Assembly (NCBI GenBank): GCA_028820635.1
Contig: JAPPIG010000064.1
Location: 131,074-195,073 of the forward strand
Reading direction: 5' to 3'
Origin: Candidatus Poribacteria bacterium
GTDB taxonomy: Bacteria > Poribacteria > WGA-4E > WGA-3G
DNA: 64,000 nucleotides
The position numbers and the translations under genes were made by a program. Positions 39,775 through 49,575 of the stretch are shown piece after piece (position 1 is the first letter of the stretch; each line of letters begins with the position of its first letter). The notes under the pieces were generated by a model. It searched no databases, was not told the origin of the DNA, and worked only from the letters and a program-made list of their open reading frames with translations.

Positions 39775-42408
39775 TTATGCTTTGTCTTCAATGACAGCCT
39801 GCGCTGCAGCAAGACGGGCAATCGGCACACGGAACGGGGAACAAGACACATAATTGAACCCTAACCCGTAGCAAAACTTTACAGAATTCGGTTCGCCGCC
39901 ATGTTCGCCACAGATACCGACTTTCAGGTCAGGACGAACAGCACGCCCTTTTTCACAACCGATTTGCAATAGACTGCCGACACCCTCTTGGTCAAGGACT
40001 TGGAACGGATCGTATTCAAGAACACCGTTTTTAACATAGTCGTCAAGGAATTTTACGGCATCATCACGACTCATGCCGAACGTTGTTTGCGTCAGATCGT
40101 TTGTCCCGTAAGAGAAGAATTCGGCTTCTTCGGCGATTTTGTCAGCAGTAAGTGCTGCACGGGGCAACTCAATCATCGTGCCAACGAGATACTCCACACG
40201 AGTACCAGTCTCTTTAAATACCTCTTCTGCTGTATCAACGACAACTTCACGTTGTAATGAGAGTTCGTTGATATGCCCAACAAGTGGGATCATAATCTCG
40301 GGTAAAACCTTGATACCGCGTTTCGCAACGTCAACAGCAGCTTCAAAGATTGCACGTGCCTGCATCTCAGTTATCTCTGGATAGACGATACCGAGTCTGC
40401 ATCCACGATGTCCAAGCATTGGATTGAATTCGTGTAATTCTTCAACGCGCTCACGAAGTTTTTGAGCATCAACGTTAATTCTTTCGGCGAGATCCTTGAT
40501 TTCAGACTCATTCTTTGGCAAGAATTCGTGCAGAGGTGGATCAAGCGTACGGATGGTGACTGGGTAGCCTGCCATCGCCTCAAAGATGCCGATGAAATCT
40601 GTGCGTTGGTGTGAAAGCAGTTTTGCCAATGCTTGCTTTCGTTCTAACGTTTCATCTGCAAGGATCATCTCTCGGACAGCGTCAATCCCAGTGCCAAAGA
40701 ACATGTGTTCTGTTCTGCAAAGACCGATGCCTTCTGCGCCAAATCCTCTGGCATTTTTGGCATCCTCTGGTGTATCTGCATTCGTACGAACGTCCAGAGT
40801 GCGCACCTCGTCTGCCCATTCCATAAGTGTTCCAAATTGTCCGCTTAACTCTGGTTGAATGAGGGATACCTGCCCGTTTAGCACATCGCCTGTGGAACCG
40901 TTGAGCGTGATGAAATCACCTTCAGCGTAACGTTTTCCACCAGCAATGAATTCCAATGCTTCTTCATTGATAAACAGGTCTGAACACCCAGCAACACAAC
41001 ATTTGCCCATACCGCGTGCTACAACCGCAGCATGACTTGTCATACCGCCACGAGCAGTGAGAATGCCTTCCGCAGCGTCCATCCCCCCAATATCTTCTGG
41101 TGATGTTTCCGTTCGGACAAGAATAACTTTTTCACCCCCGGCTGCGAGTTCCTCAGCGCGTAGTGCCGTGAAGACAACCTTACCGACAGCTGCACCAGGA
41201 GAGGCTGGCAAACCTTGTGCAATGACTTCAACAGAGGCATCAGGATCCACACTCGGATGCAATAACTGGTCCAAATCATTTGCAGGGACACGCGTCAAAG
41301 CAGTCTGTTTATCAATCAAATCCTCTTCGACCATCTCTACGGCAATTCTGACAGCAGCCTGACCGGTGCGTTTTCCGTTACGAGTTTGGAGCATATAGAG
41401 TTTACTATCCTGAATTGTGAACTCTACGTCCTGCATATCACTGTAGTGCTTTTCAAGTCTCAAACCGATGTCAACCAACTCATCATAAGCATCGGGCAAA
41501 ATGTTTCTCAATTCGGAGACTGGAAGGGGCGTGCGGATACCAGCGACCACGTCTTCACCTTGCGCGTTGATGAGAAATTCGCCGTAAAATTGGTTCGCGC
41601 CGGTTGAGGGGTTACGCGTGAAGGCGACTCCCGATCCGGAGGTGCCACCCATATTCCCAAACACCATTGCTTGGACGTTTACTGCTGTGCGACCGAGTTC
41701 TTCAGAAATATCGTTGAGTCGGCGATAGGTAATCGCGCGCGGGTTGCCTGATGACTCAAATACAGCATCGCGCGCCATATCCAACTGACGACGAGGTTCA
41801 TCAGGAAAATCTCTTCCTGTGTGCTGTTTGACAGCGTTTTTGAATTCATTGACAAGTTCAACTAAATCGTCTGCCTCTAACTCGGTATCTAATGTAGCAC
41901 CTTTCGCCTTTTTCTTTTCTTCAAGCAAATGTTCAAATTCATCGTGATCAACATCAAGTACAACGTTTCCGAACATCTGAACGAAGCGACGGTATGAGTC
42001 GTAAGCGAAACGTTCATTTTCAGATTTGGCAATGAGTCCCTTCACAGCATCATCATTTAAACCGAGATTCAGAATCGTATCCATCATTCCCGGCATTGAC
42101 ACTGCAGCACCGGAACGAACAGAGAGCAGGAGTGGGTTTTCGGTATCACCGAATTTTGCGTCCAACGCATCTTCTATTTTTTGTACGTTCTCGGTAATCT
42201 GTTGGTCAAGACCGCTGGGGTACTTTTTATCGTTATCATAGTAGTATTTGCATACTTCAGTGGAAATCGTGAAGCCTGGAGGCACAGGAACACCAAGATT
42301 GGTCATCTCAGCAAGATTCGCCCCTTTACCACCAAGTAGGAGGCGCATTGTTGCGTCTCCTTCGCCTTCACCGGCTCCAAAGAAGTAAACATACTTCGGT
42401 TGTGTCAT
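39775..42408 (-). CDS. ppdK: pyruvate, phosphate dikinase
   Basis: MTQPKYVYFFGAGEGEG...LLGGKGANLAEM N-terminus; central phospho-His domain GGMTSHAAVVARGMG; PEP-utilising C-terminal domain. Start trimmed to the ATG with AGGAG RBS. Confidence 0.9.
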   Translation of the reverse strand: MTQPKYVYFFGAGEGEGDATMRLLLGGKGANLAEMTNLGVPVPPGFTISTEVCKYYYDNDKKYPSGLDQQITENVQKIEDALDAKFGDTENPLLLSVRSGAAVSMPGMMDTILNLGLNDDAVKGLIAKSENERFAYDSYRRFVQMFGNVVLDVDHDEFEHLLEEKKKAKGATLDTELEADDLVELVNEFKNAVKQHTGRDFPDEPRRQLDMARDAVFESSGNPRAITYRRLNDISEELGRTAVNVQAMVFGNMGGTSGSGVAFTRNPSTGANQFYGEFLINAQGEDVVAGIRTPLPVSELRNILPDAYDELVDIGLRLEKHYSDMQDVEFTIQDSKLYMLQTRNGKRTGQAAVRIAVEMVEEDLIDKQTALTRVPANDLDQLLHPSVDPDASVEVIAQGLPASPGAAVGKVVFTALRAEELAAGGEKVILVRTETSPEDIGGMDAAEGILTARGGMTSHAAVVARGMGKCCVAGCSDLFINEEALEFIAGGKRYAEGDFITLNGSTGDVLNGQVSLIQPELSGQFGTLMEWADEVRTLDVRTNADTPEDAKNARGFGAEGIGLCRTEHMFFGTGIDAVREMILADETLERKQALAKLLSHQRTDFIGIFEAMAGYPVTIRTLDPPLHEFLPKNESEIKDLAERINVDAQKLRERVEELHEFNPMLGHRGCRLGIVYPEITEMQARAIFEAAVDVAKRGIKVLPEIMIPLVGHINELSLQREVVVDTAEEVFKETGTRVEYLVGTMIELPRAALTADKIAEEAEFFSYGTNDLTQTTFGMSRDDAVKFLDDYVKNGVLEYDPFQVLDQEGVGSLLQIGCEKGRAVRPDLKVGICGEHGGEPNSVKFCYGLGFNYVSCSPFRVPIARLAAAQAVIEDKA

Positions 42409-42560
42409 TAAAATTCTCCTGTTATTTGTCCTTATCGTATTATCGTTATTGCTTTCTTCTATAGAAAATGTATAGGTATTTTCGATTTTACTATAAATGG
42501 AATTATATAGCACTCTCCCAAAAAAGTCAAAGAAAATCGGTTGTAGTTAGAGAGAGGAAT

Positions 42561-42833
42561 TCAATTGTCATATCGGTGTGCAGTTGATGAATAGATGAGC
42601 GTTTTACCGCTGCCGGTTGCCATGTTGAATAGAAAATGCAGCGGCGCACCTCCACCAGGGGAGTTATTCTCAAAACAGAGGAGAAACCGTGCGAACGCCT
42701 CTTCTTGGTAGGGGCGGTGCGGAAAGACAGGGTTGAGGTTATCGGTGAGATGTTTCGGAATTTCGGTGTTTTGGATGGTTCGTTTTCCGAATTCCTCTAA
42801 TATGAGATCGTATAAAAATTTTTCTGACATCAT
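42561..42833 (-). pseudogene. N-terminal fragment of a DEAD/DEAH-type restriction/helicase subunit (type III Res or type I HsdR-like)
   Basis: HRPYQEEAF...NMATGSGKTLIYS (helicase motif I region) truncated after 90 aa. The remainder of the gene is absent. Confidence 0.5.
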
Positions 42834-42856
42834 GTCTATACCAAGTTAACGTTTAC

Positions 42857-43738
42857 TCAACCGAGTATCAAGTCGTTCCAATCAGGAAATTTTCCATCTT
42901 CCAGAATCTTCATTATTGAGTCCCGACACAAATCTTGTGCTTCCTTGATGAACACATTAATCTCTTGTCGTGTAAAGGGTGTATTCTTTGTTTTATTGGG
43001 TAGTTTTCCGGTATGAACAACCTTGGAACGCCAATCATATATTGTCTTGAACTTCTTCATCAGCCCTTCCCTATGTTCTTTATCTTCACCCAAGTACCAA
43101 GCAGCATGAAGACTAAATCTAAAACGTATTTCATTTTTGGATTCTATTCCCGATAGATATAGAGATTCAAACGCTATTCCTAAGTCAATCATTCTATCGT
43201 CGGAAATCTGAGATGTGTGTGATTTTATCCATCTACCAATTGGTATTTTCAATTTCTCTAAGGTTTCCATCTGCCCCGCCTCAACAGAATTTCCAAACAG
43301 GCCGGTAATTCTAACAGATCCTCCGGTTCCATAGTTCAAATTAAAAATTTCGTCATCTGCTAAAAATCTCCATTTACGAGCAGCTTGAACTGCGGAATTA
43401 CAAGCTAAAGATAACGCTTGGCAAAAAAGCTCCCCAGAGAAGTCAGCCAAGTAGGAATCCACCGATTTATCACCATTTATCTCAACGCGAAAAGTTCGAT
43501 TTAGTAATTTACGATACTCTTGAATTGTTGTAGAATCAAAAGGTTTATGAAATATGGGGAATACAGAATAGTCTATGATGAGAAGCGCCTTTCCTAAGAA
43601 GGAACCTGTTGATATATCAAAGGGATGGATATATAAATTACGAGCATAGGGAGGTAATTCTGATGTTGAATTAGGTAGACAGACAAGTCGTATTCCTTCA
43701 AAAATCGGGGTTTCTGTTTTTATCTTTATTCCTTCCAA
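42857..43738 (-). CDS. hypothetical protein with C-terminal HEPN-like Rx4HxG motif (Abi/Apea-like)
   Basis: C-terminal YDWRSKVVHTG matches the HEPN Rx4-6H signature. No other family features. Confidence 0.45.
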   Translation of the reverse strand: MEGIKIKTETPIFEGIRLVCLPNSTSELPPYARNLYIHPFDISTGSFLGKALLIIDYSVFPIFHKPFDSTTIQEYRKLLNRTFRVEINGDKSVDSYLADFSGELFCQALSLACNSAVQAARKWRFLADDEIFNLNYGTGGSVRITGLFGNSVEAGQMETLEKLKIPIGRWIKSHTSQISDDRMIDLGIAFESLYLSGIESKNEIRFRFSLHAAWYLGEDKEHREGLMKKFKTIYDWRSKVVHTGKLPNKTKNTPFTRQEINVFIKEAQDLCRDSIMKILEDGKFPDWNDLILG

Positions 43739-44296
43739 TAAGTCAATAGATTGAGCAGAACCATGCGTATCTTTAGTCCCCCTGTCAAAAGCTAATACAG
43801 CTTCCTCTATTCCCGAACAATAGCAATTTTTAAAAGTTGCACTAGCAAGTTAGTCAAAGGATACCCATTCTTAGAACCAGCCAGTAGGAAATAACTACTG
43901 GCAGACAAAATTTTGTCTTCACGGATAAATGGAGCGAATTCTTTTCTTATGAAGTCAAGAAGTGCTAATTTTATAGTTTTACTTATGTGAGGCACATAAT
44001 TCATTACCGATAAGGAATCTAACGAATAGGAAGTCCAATGTTCTCGTAAGTATGCTTTATAGGTATGTACCCATAAAAGGAAAAGAAAACATGTTTGCTG
44101 AACGCGGTCGTATTTCTAAATTCTCCATTGCTTCTTCTAACAACAGCCGCAGTTCCTGTTTTCTTTCTTCAGTCATCTCTTTTCACCCTTTATCAAGAAT
44201 CTCCATAAAACTTCTTATTCAACGCCTTATCCTCCGCACACACCCCAAAATCCGCATCCTCTATTTCGGAGAGGTTGACATAGTGTTCTGTCCAGT

Positions 44297-45022
44297 CTAA
44301 TATTGCGGATATAAGTGTTTTAATCGGATGCGCGCGTCATCCGTTGTGAAGTGCCAGTCCACTTGCTTTGCTTCACTATTACGCCTTTTTTCCCATGCCT
44401 TTGTCTCTCTTCGTAGCGTTTCTATGTCAGGAATACGACGACACAAACATTGGCGTGTGAGCACACTCAGTTCTATCTCCGCAATATTCAACCAACTCCC
44501 ATGCTTCGGTGTATAGACTATTTCCAAACGCGAACACAACCGCTCTGCTTCCTCCGTTCCAAATGTTTTGGACAACGACGAAAGGTTATGCGTATTCAAG
44601 TTATCACAGACTAAAATTATACGCTTTGCTAACGGATACACCTCATCCAATAACACCCGGACCTCCGCCGCCCAATCCACTGCTGTCCGACGCTCCCGAA
44701 CAGATACGCGCCGCCACCCCGCAAGGGCCTCTGTGAAGATGAAAAGTTGTGCCGTGCCATTGCGCTTATATTCACTATCCACACGCTTGACCTGACCCGG
44801 TTTAGCGGGATGTGGATCGCGGGTATCACCTCTCAACGCCACGGATTGTTCATCCATGTTCACAACAGGAACATCCGTATCCAAAGGTTGCTGATACAGA
44901 TTTAGCACCGCTTCCATTGATGCTACAAACTCGGCATCTTCTTCAGGGGGGATCACCCATTGTGCCACAAGATGCGGTTTGAGCGCGTTTTTTTGAGTGT
45001 CTGACGCACTGTTTCGGGGCAA
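44297..45022 (-). CDS. IS630 transposase DDE catalytic part (orfB)
   Basis: DDE(35)E-style block ...ILVCDNLNTHN...SWLNIAEIE typical of IS630/Tc1. Confidence 0.7.
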   Translation of the reverse strand: MPRNSASDTQKNALKPHLVAQWVIPPEEDAEFVASMEAVLNLYQQPLDTDVPVVNMDEQSVALRGDTRDPHPAKPGQVKRVDSEYKRNGTAQLFIFTEALAGWRRVSVRERRTAVDWAAEVRVLLDEVYPLAKRIILVCDNLNTHNLSSLSKTFGTEEAERLCSRLEIVYTPKHGSWLNIAEIELSVLTRQCLCRRIPDIETLRRETKAWEKRRNSEAKQVDWHFTTDDARIRLKHLYPQY

Positions 45023-45423
45023 ATACTTTCAACTATTTCCAACCTCACCAACTCTGACGCAAGAAGACGCAACGACCATCTGCCAAAGCCTTCGGGCGGT
45101 TCACTACAACTCAGCGCAATCAAGCGTGCCTCCGCCTCTCCATCAAGTTTACGAGGCGTGGGAGGATGCTCGCGTTTGGAACGATCTAAAGCACCAGATA
45201 AACCCTTTTCTACAAAACGCCTACGCACATTATACACCGTCTTGTGATGACACGAAAATGCTTCAGCTATCTGTTTATCTGTCCAACCGGGTCCATTTGT
45301 ATCTGATTTCAACAAAATATGCGCATGTTTTATCTTATATGCCTTATTTGTTCCTTTGTTCACATAAGCCTTTAGTTCTTCACGCTCTATATCGATCAAT
45401 GCAACTATATACTTCTTTTTCAA
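44953..45423 (-). CDS. IS630 transposase N-terminal HTH part (orfA)
   Basis: HTH/winged-helix DNA-binding features (SCHHKTVYNVRRRFVEKG). TTG start with GGAGG RBS. Overlaps orfB by ~70 nt. Confidence 0.7.
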   Translation of the reverse strand: MKKKYIVALIDIEREELKAYVNKGTNKAYKIKHAHILLKSDTNGPGWTDKQIAEAFSCHHKTVYNVRRRFVEKGLSGALDRSKREHPPTPRKLDGEAEARLIALSCSEPPEGFGRWSLRLLASELVRLEIVESICPETVRQTLKKTRSNRILWHNG

Positions 45424-45527
45424 GACTTAGTTCCTCCAAAAATAAGTTAGGAACAGTCTAAAAGAAATAATAAGGATTGTCAAGTTTCAAGAAAAGAAAT
45501 ACAGGTAAATTTACGATAGACAGCCCA

Positions 45528-46307
45528 CTAGTTATTCGCTTGTATCATCTCCCGGAATTTCTGAGTAAATTCACAACTACGTTTGATGCTCGCTACATCT
45601 TCCATCTTATATTGGACAACAAGTGGTCCCGAAAAATTGATCTCCTTCAAACCCTTCGCGAAAGTTTCAAAATCGAAAACACCGCCGCCCGGTTCACCGC
45701 GATTACTCCCTGATACATGCACATCTCCTAAACACGTTTTCATCTCAAGTGCCGCCGTATACGGTTCCGCGCCATCATTGTTAAGATGATAGGTATCACA
45801 CGTTAAATACACAGACAATCCTGTATCAGAGATGAATTCTACACCTTCGCGATAGTTGTCAAGCGGACATCCCTTCTCAAATTCAAGGGCAATTTTTATG
45901 TTGTGCTCATCACAAGCAGATATCATGTGCGACAGGTTATCAGCAAGTGCGTTCAGAGAATCTTGACGCGATACATCTGCCGATGGGTTCACCCAAATCC
46001 CAATAAACGCCGCATCAAGTCTACGCGCAACGTCAAGGACAATCTCAAAGTGTTGTAACGCCTCATCTTTTCGCGTAGGGGTTGTCAAAATATGGTTGCC
46101 GAAACCGATTGTTGGTGCAACGAGGTTATGCTGGTCAGCAAGTTTCATTGCATCCTCTATTTCCGCAGTTGAAAATTCACCGAGAAAAGCGGAATTCACA
46201 GGAATGTTAATGCCTTCGTAACCTGCTTCGGCAACAAGGTCGAAAATCTCGGCACGGGTAAATTTTCCCAATGTTCCAGAATATGGATCGTAACAGATTG
46301 TTAACAT
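45528..46307 (-). CDS. sugar phosphate isomerase/epimerase (xylose isomerase-like TIM barrel)
   Basis: AP-endonuclease-2/TIM-barrel pattern with conserved Glu/His/Asp metal ligands. Confidence 0.7.
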   Translation of the reverse strand: MLTICYDPYSGTLGKFTRAEIFDLVAEAGYEGINIPVNSAFLGEFSTAEIEDAMKLADQHNLVAPTIGFGNHILTTPTRKDEALQHFEIVLDVARRLDAAFIGIWVNPSADVSRQDSLNALADNLSHMISACDEHNIKIALEFEKGCPLDNYREGVEFISDTGLSVYLTCDTYHLNNDGAEPYTAALEMKTCLGDVHVSGSNRGEPGGGVFDFETFAKGLKEINFSGPLVVQYKMEDVASIKRSCEFTQKFREMIQANN

Positions 46308-46338
46308 AGTGTTTTATCCAGTCTAATTTGTGGTTACA

Positions 46339-46410
46339 AGTCGCGATTCGGAGATCGCTCCTACAATTTGTGTTTTATAAGTCGCGATTCGGAGATCGCT
46401 CCTACAGTGT
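46339..46410. repeat. two tandem REP copies GTCGCGATTCGGAGATCGCTCCTACA separated by ~15 bp
   Basis: Exact 26-nt palindrome-containing unit repeated twice in an intergenic gap within a minus-strand operon. Confidence 0.7.
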
Positions 46411-46418
46411 ATGTGGTG

Positions 46419-47459
46419 TCAATAAACAACGCCTATCTCTTCACGCCAAGTATCTAATAGCTGCATATTGCCCAATGTATCATCCCAAGACATTGCGGGT
46501 GCTTGCCGATCAGCAATATGGTTTGCTACCATATCTGCTTCGTAAGTAAAGAGATCACGGTCCGCCTCAACGGTTATCTCGGATGATTCTCCGCGTTGGT
46601 ATGAATTAAGGACAATTTGGCTTGACGGAATAGGTGTATCAGGTGGTATCGGTGTCCTGGTACCACGACATGGTGATGAAGGCAGCCAAGGACTTGGAAT
46701 TGTGATAATTCCACCAGACCCATAGATAGTAACACTACTCCCAATGTTACACTCAACAGCACACGTTATCTGTGCGACAATATCGTTTTCAAATTTGAGT
46801 GTTGCCGCAGCGATATGGTCAACACCTGTTGGACCCACTTTTCCGTTCGCTTTTACAGAAACCGGATCTAAAAAAAGTTCGCCAGCAGCAGCACCCGCCA
46901 CTTTGCGTGCCATTGAGGCGGTATAACAGCCAATATCAAGGATTCCACCACCACCCATTTCGCGATTGAAAAGTCGACTCTGCGGATTGAAATTTGATTG
47001 AAATCCAAACGTTGCGTGAATGAAGCGTACCTCGCCGATTTCCCCATCCTGTATTAAATCAACCATTTTCTGTATCTGTGGATGGCAACGGTACATAAAT
47101 GCTTCCATCAGAAACACATCGTTTTTACGTGCTGCTTCCACCATTGCTGAAGCTTCCGCGTGATTCATACTTATCGGTTTTTCAACCAGAATATGTTTCT
47201 TTGCCTCAGCAGCCTTTACCGCCCACTCTGCATGAAATGGATGAATTGTTGCAATATAGACAGCATCAATATCGTCGTCTGCCAAGAGTTCTTCATAACT
47301 ACTGTATTGGCGTGGTATTTCAAAATCATTAACAAATTTTTCCGCTTTGGATTCGGTGCGGCTGGCAACGGCAAAAATCTGTCCTGTATCTGTAAAACGC
47401 ATTCCGTTGCAAAATACATAAGCGATGCCACCAGCACCGATAACGCCCCAATTTAACAT
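46419..47459 (-). CDS. Gfo/Idh/MocA family oxidoreductase
   Basis: MLNWGVIGAGGIA Rossmann N-terminus, EKP motif. Confidence 0.8.
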   Translation of the reverse strand: MLNWGVIGAGGIAYVFCNGMRFTDTGQIFAVASRTESKAEKFVNDFEIPRQYSSYEELLADDDIDAVYIATIHPFHAEWAVKAAEAKKHILVEKPISMNHAEASAMVEAARKNDVFLMEAFMYRCHPQIQKMVDLIQDGEIGEVRFIHATFGFQSNFNPQSRLFNREMGGGGILDIGCYTASMARKVAGAAAGELFLDPVSVKANGKVGPTGVDHIAAATLKFENDIVAQITCAVECNIGSSVTIYGSGGIITIPSPWLPSSPCRGTRTPIPPDTPIPSSQIVLNSYQRGESSEITVEADRDLFTYEADMVANHIADRQAPAMSWDDTLGNMQLLDTWREEIGVVY

Positions 47460-47484
47460 CTATTGTTTTCTCCTTCTAACTATT

Positions 47485-48675
47485 TTATGCTTTTGCTGCT
47501 TCTGTCCGCCTGTTCGCAAGTGGATGCATAATACCAGCACCTACGGGCCAAACTCCCGGTTCTGCTTTAATCCAATCACACAGTTTTTGTGCATGCGGTG
47601 TTAACGTTTCCCATATTTCATGCGGCATGCTTTTTGTATAATCAGCTTGTGGTCGCCACATCGGTGAATATTCAACGTTTGGCAATGCCCGTATTTCTTT
47701 GGACAGATTCGGTGTTGCTCCGTGCCATGCCCGATTATCTCGGAAAACACCTGAACCTGCCGTAGCACCGACAAGCGTAGAATGTCGCATCCAATCTGGT
47801 TCATCAGCAAGGGATGGTGGCGATTGCTGTAACGCATGTGTTCCGGGAATCTGTCGTATCGGACCATTTTCCCATGTCAGGTCACACATCACAAAATTGA
47901 TTGTTACCAGTGGCGATGTCAACTCCACAATCAGTTTCTGTGTCGCAACACTAAGATTATCGGACTCATCCTTATGAAGTTCAACTCCAAGTAGTTTAGC
48001 TTGTTCAATTCGTCCTTCCGTAAGATGCTGTGGATCTTTTACATCAGAGTGCAGGTGCTGATACTCAATCGCGCCCGGAAGACAAAGGTCACCACCTGAT
48101 CCCCATACTCGGTAATCGGAAGATCCAAATATTTCGGTAACAAGCGGAGTTGTTGTTGGTAGGTCTAACATACTTGCCCAAGCGGGATGGTGTAGCATAT
48201 GTCTTGAAGCAGATGAAGTGCCGTAACTATATCTGTGAGGTAAACGTCCAGTTTCATTGGCATATTTTCTATTTCCTTGTCCGGGAATAGAAAGGATTTC
48301 TCGTAGTGCCTCAGCACAACCTTCTCTCAAACGCGCTAACTGTTCTGCATTGAGTATATCTTTGACCACAACAAAACCGTCACGGCGAAATATTCGAGCA
48401 GCTTTTTTTACTTCAGTTGGCGCACATATCTCAAGCCCGCAAATCCCATTATGTTTACGCAGCCTTTCTCTGAGTGCTTCTACTTCTGGATCATCGTAAA
48501 CCCGAAGTTTAGGTGAATTCGGATCCGCCGCGCCAAATCTGCGATTTTCTGGATTGCCATCTGAATCCACGGTTTCATTAGGAGGTATATTTTCGTCCCA
48601 ACCTACTCGCGTTTCACCGTAGACTTGCATTTCTTGCAATTCTGATTGTAGCAACGCCTTATTGATGTTCTTCAT
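47485..48675 (-). CDS. phytanoyl-CoA dioxygenase (PhyH)-family Fe(II)/2OG oxygenase-like protein
   Basis: HLHSDVKD (HxD facial-triad motif) and later H; fold-level similarity only. Start trimmed to MKNINK. Confidence 0.5.
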   Translation of the reverse strand: MKNINKALLQSELQEMQVYGETRVGWDENIPPNETVDSDGNPENRRFGAADPNSPKLRVYDDPEVEALRERLRKHNGICGLEICAPTEVKKAARIFRRDGFVVVKDILNAEQLARLREGCAEALREILSIPGQGNRKYANETGRLPHRYSYGTSSASRHMLHHPAWASMLDLPTTTPLVTEIFGSSDYRVWGSGGDLCLPGAIEYQHLHSDVKDPQHLTEGRIEQAKLLGVELHKDESDNLSVATQKLIVELTSPLVTINFVMCDLTWENGPIRQIPGTHALQQSPPSLADEPDWMRHSTLVGATAGSGVFRDNRAWHGATPNLSKEIRALPNVEYSPMWRPQADYTKSMPHEIWETLTPHAQKLCDWIKAEPGVWPVGAGIMHPLANRRTEAAKA

Positions 48676-48803
48676 AACGTATAATTCCTTAACTCTTTCC
48701 CATATGTTGAGGTGGGTGAAAGTTATGTCGTCGTAACCAACTGTATAGAGTTTCAATTTATCATAATCCTTGTTTTAAAGCAATAGTCAACCTTTCAGTG
48801 AGA

Positions 48804-48838
48804 AAAATAAAAATTGACTTTCCTATCAACTTACAGTA
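48804..48838 (+). promoter_or_regulatory. near-consensus sigma-70 promoter TTGACT-17-TATAAT
   Basis: TTGACTttcctatcaacttacagTATAAT. A second, weaker copy of the -10 region ~58 bp downstream, created by a 45-bp direct duplication. Confidence 0.45.
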
Positions 48839-48925
48839 TAATAAAAGAACAGATTGTGGTGATAAAGTTAATGAACTCTCCTATCAATTTTCAGTATAAT
48901 AAAGGAACAGATTCTGATGGCAACC
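48820..48925 (+). repeat. ~48-bp direct duplication (TCCTATCAAyTTwCAGTATAATAAArGAACAGATTnTG)
   Basis: Copy A 48820-48868; copy B 48878-48925. Copy B carries the RBS and ATG of the downstream small gene. Confidence 0.6.
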
Positions 48926-49219
48926 ACAGGTGCAACAGGAGGCGCAGCTGCGGGAGGTGCAGCGGCTGCTGCAGCAATCGCTCAGGCTATAAAAGCCTCC
49001 GGAGCAATCATTCAACTTGAACCTACCGAATTCCTTAAAATACTTTCAAAGAGCGAGGAACCCCTCGTCGTCACCGCATTGGGTGGGGTTTTCTCAAAAA
49101 ACTATCAGTATCTAACCAACTACAAAGGGTTACACTTTTATTGCAAATCGGATACTGCTATCAAGCTGCAGGCTGATGTGGAAGTAGTTCAGGCAAAAAA
49201 GATATGGATTCCGGGCTAA
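48917..49219 (+). CDS. hypothetical 100-aa protein with Gly/Ala-rich N-terminus
   Basis: AAAGGA RBS; MATTGATGGAAAGGAAAAAAIAQAIKASG... No family match. Confidence 0.4.
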   Translation: MATTGATGGAAAGGAAAAAAIAQAIKASGAIIQLEPTEFLKILSKSEEPLVVTALGGVFSKNYQYLTNYKGLHFYCKSDTAIKLQADVEVVQAKKIWIPG

Positions 49220-49252
49220 CTGGACTTGGATACAATATCCAAAGGAAGAAAG

Positions 49253-49432
49253 ATGGCAACGATAGTAAAACACAATACAACGGGCAAGAATTACTGTTTA
49301 CTCGGTACAGGTTTTGGTGTTTTCCAGTCCTCAAAACCAAACATGTTTTTCGGTAATTTAATGGCTGATGTGGACGAAGGGAATACGCCATGGTCTGCGT
49401 CTGTGATAGTGCTGGAAAAATATACTGGATAG
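49253..49432 (+). CDS. hypothetical ~59-aa protein
   Basis: AAAGGAAG RBS then ATG (MATIVKHNTTGKNY...). Confidence 0.3.
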   Translation: MATIVKHNTTGKNYCLLGTGFGVFQSSKPNMFFGNLMADVDEGNTPWSASVIVLEKYTG

Positions 49433-49575
49433 ATGCAAATGATGTAACCGTTGTAAGCGTTGATGGACAAAATATCGGAGAACTACGTCTTACATAACTG
49501 AATTTCAATTCTTGTCTAATAGGGCGGTTTTTCATCTCCGAACGATTTTATTCATGAAAGGAAACTTTTCATCAA

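Larger units (their letters stand above)
44290..45440 (-). mobile_element. IS630-family insertion sequence
   Basis: Two overlapping transposase ORFs typical of a programmed frameshift. Terminal inverted repeats not confidently resolved. Confidence 0.65.

Noticed and set aside
44090-44222. 43-aa minus-strand ORF (MTEERKQELRLLLEEAMENLEIRPR...) between the HEPN gene and IS630
   Set aside because: It is below the size threshold with no family signal. It is possibly a gene remnant in a degraded island.
44283-45470. Terminal inverted repeats of the IS630 copy
   Set aside because: The candidate end sequences (GTTCTGTCCAGTCTAA / GTTAGGAACAGTCTAA) are in direct rather than inverted orientation. Boundaries are therefore given only approximately.
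46339-46410. Possible CRISPR array (repeated 26-nt unit)
   Set aside because: Only two copies with a 15-bp spacer. The unit is the genome-wide REP palindrome, and no cas genes or leader are present.
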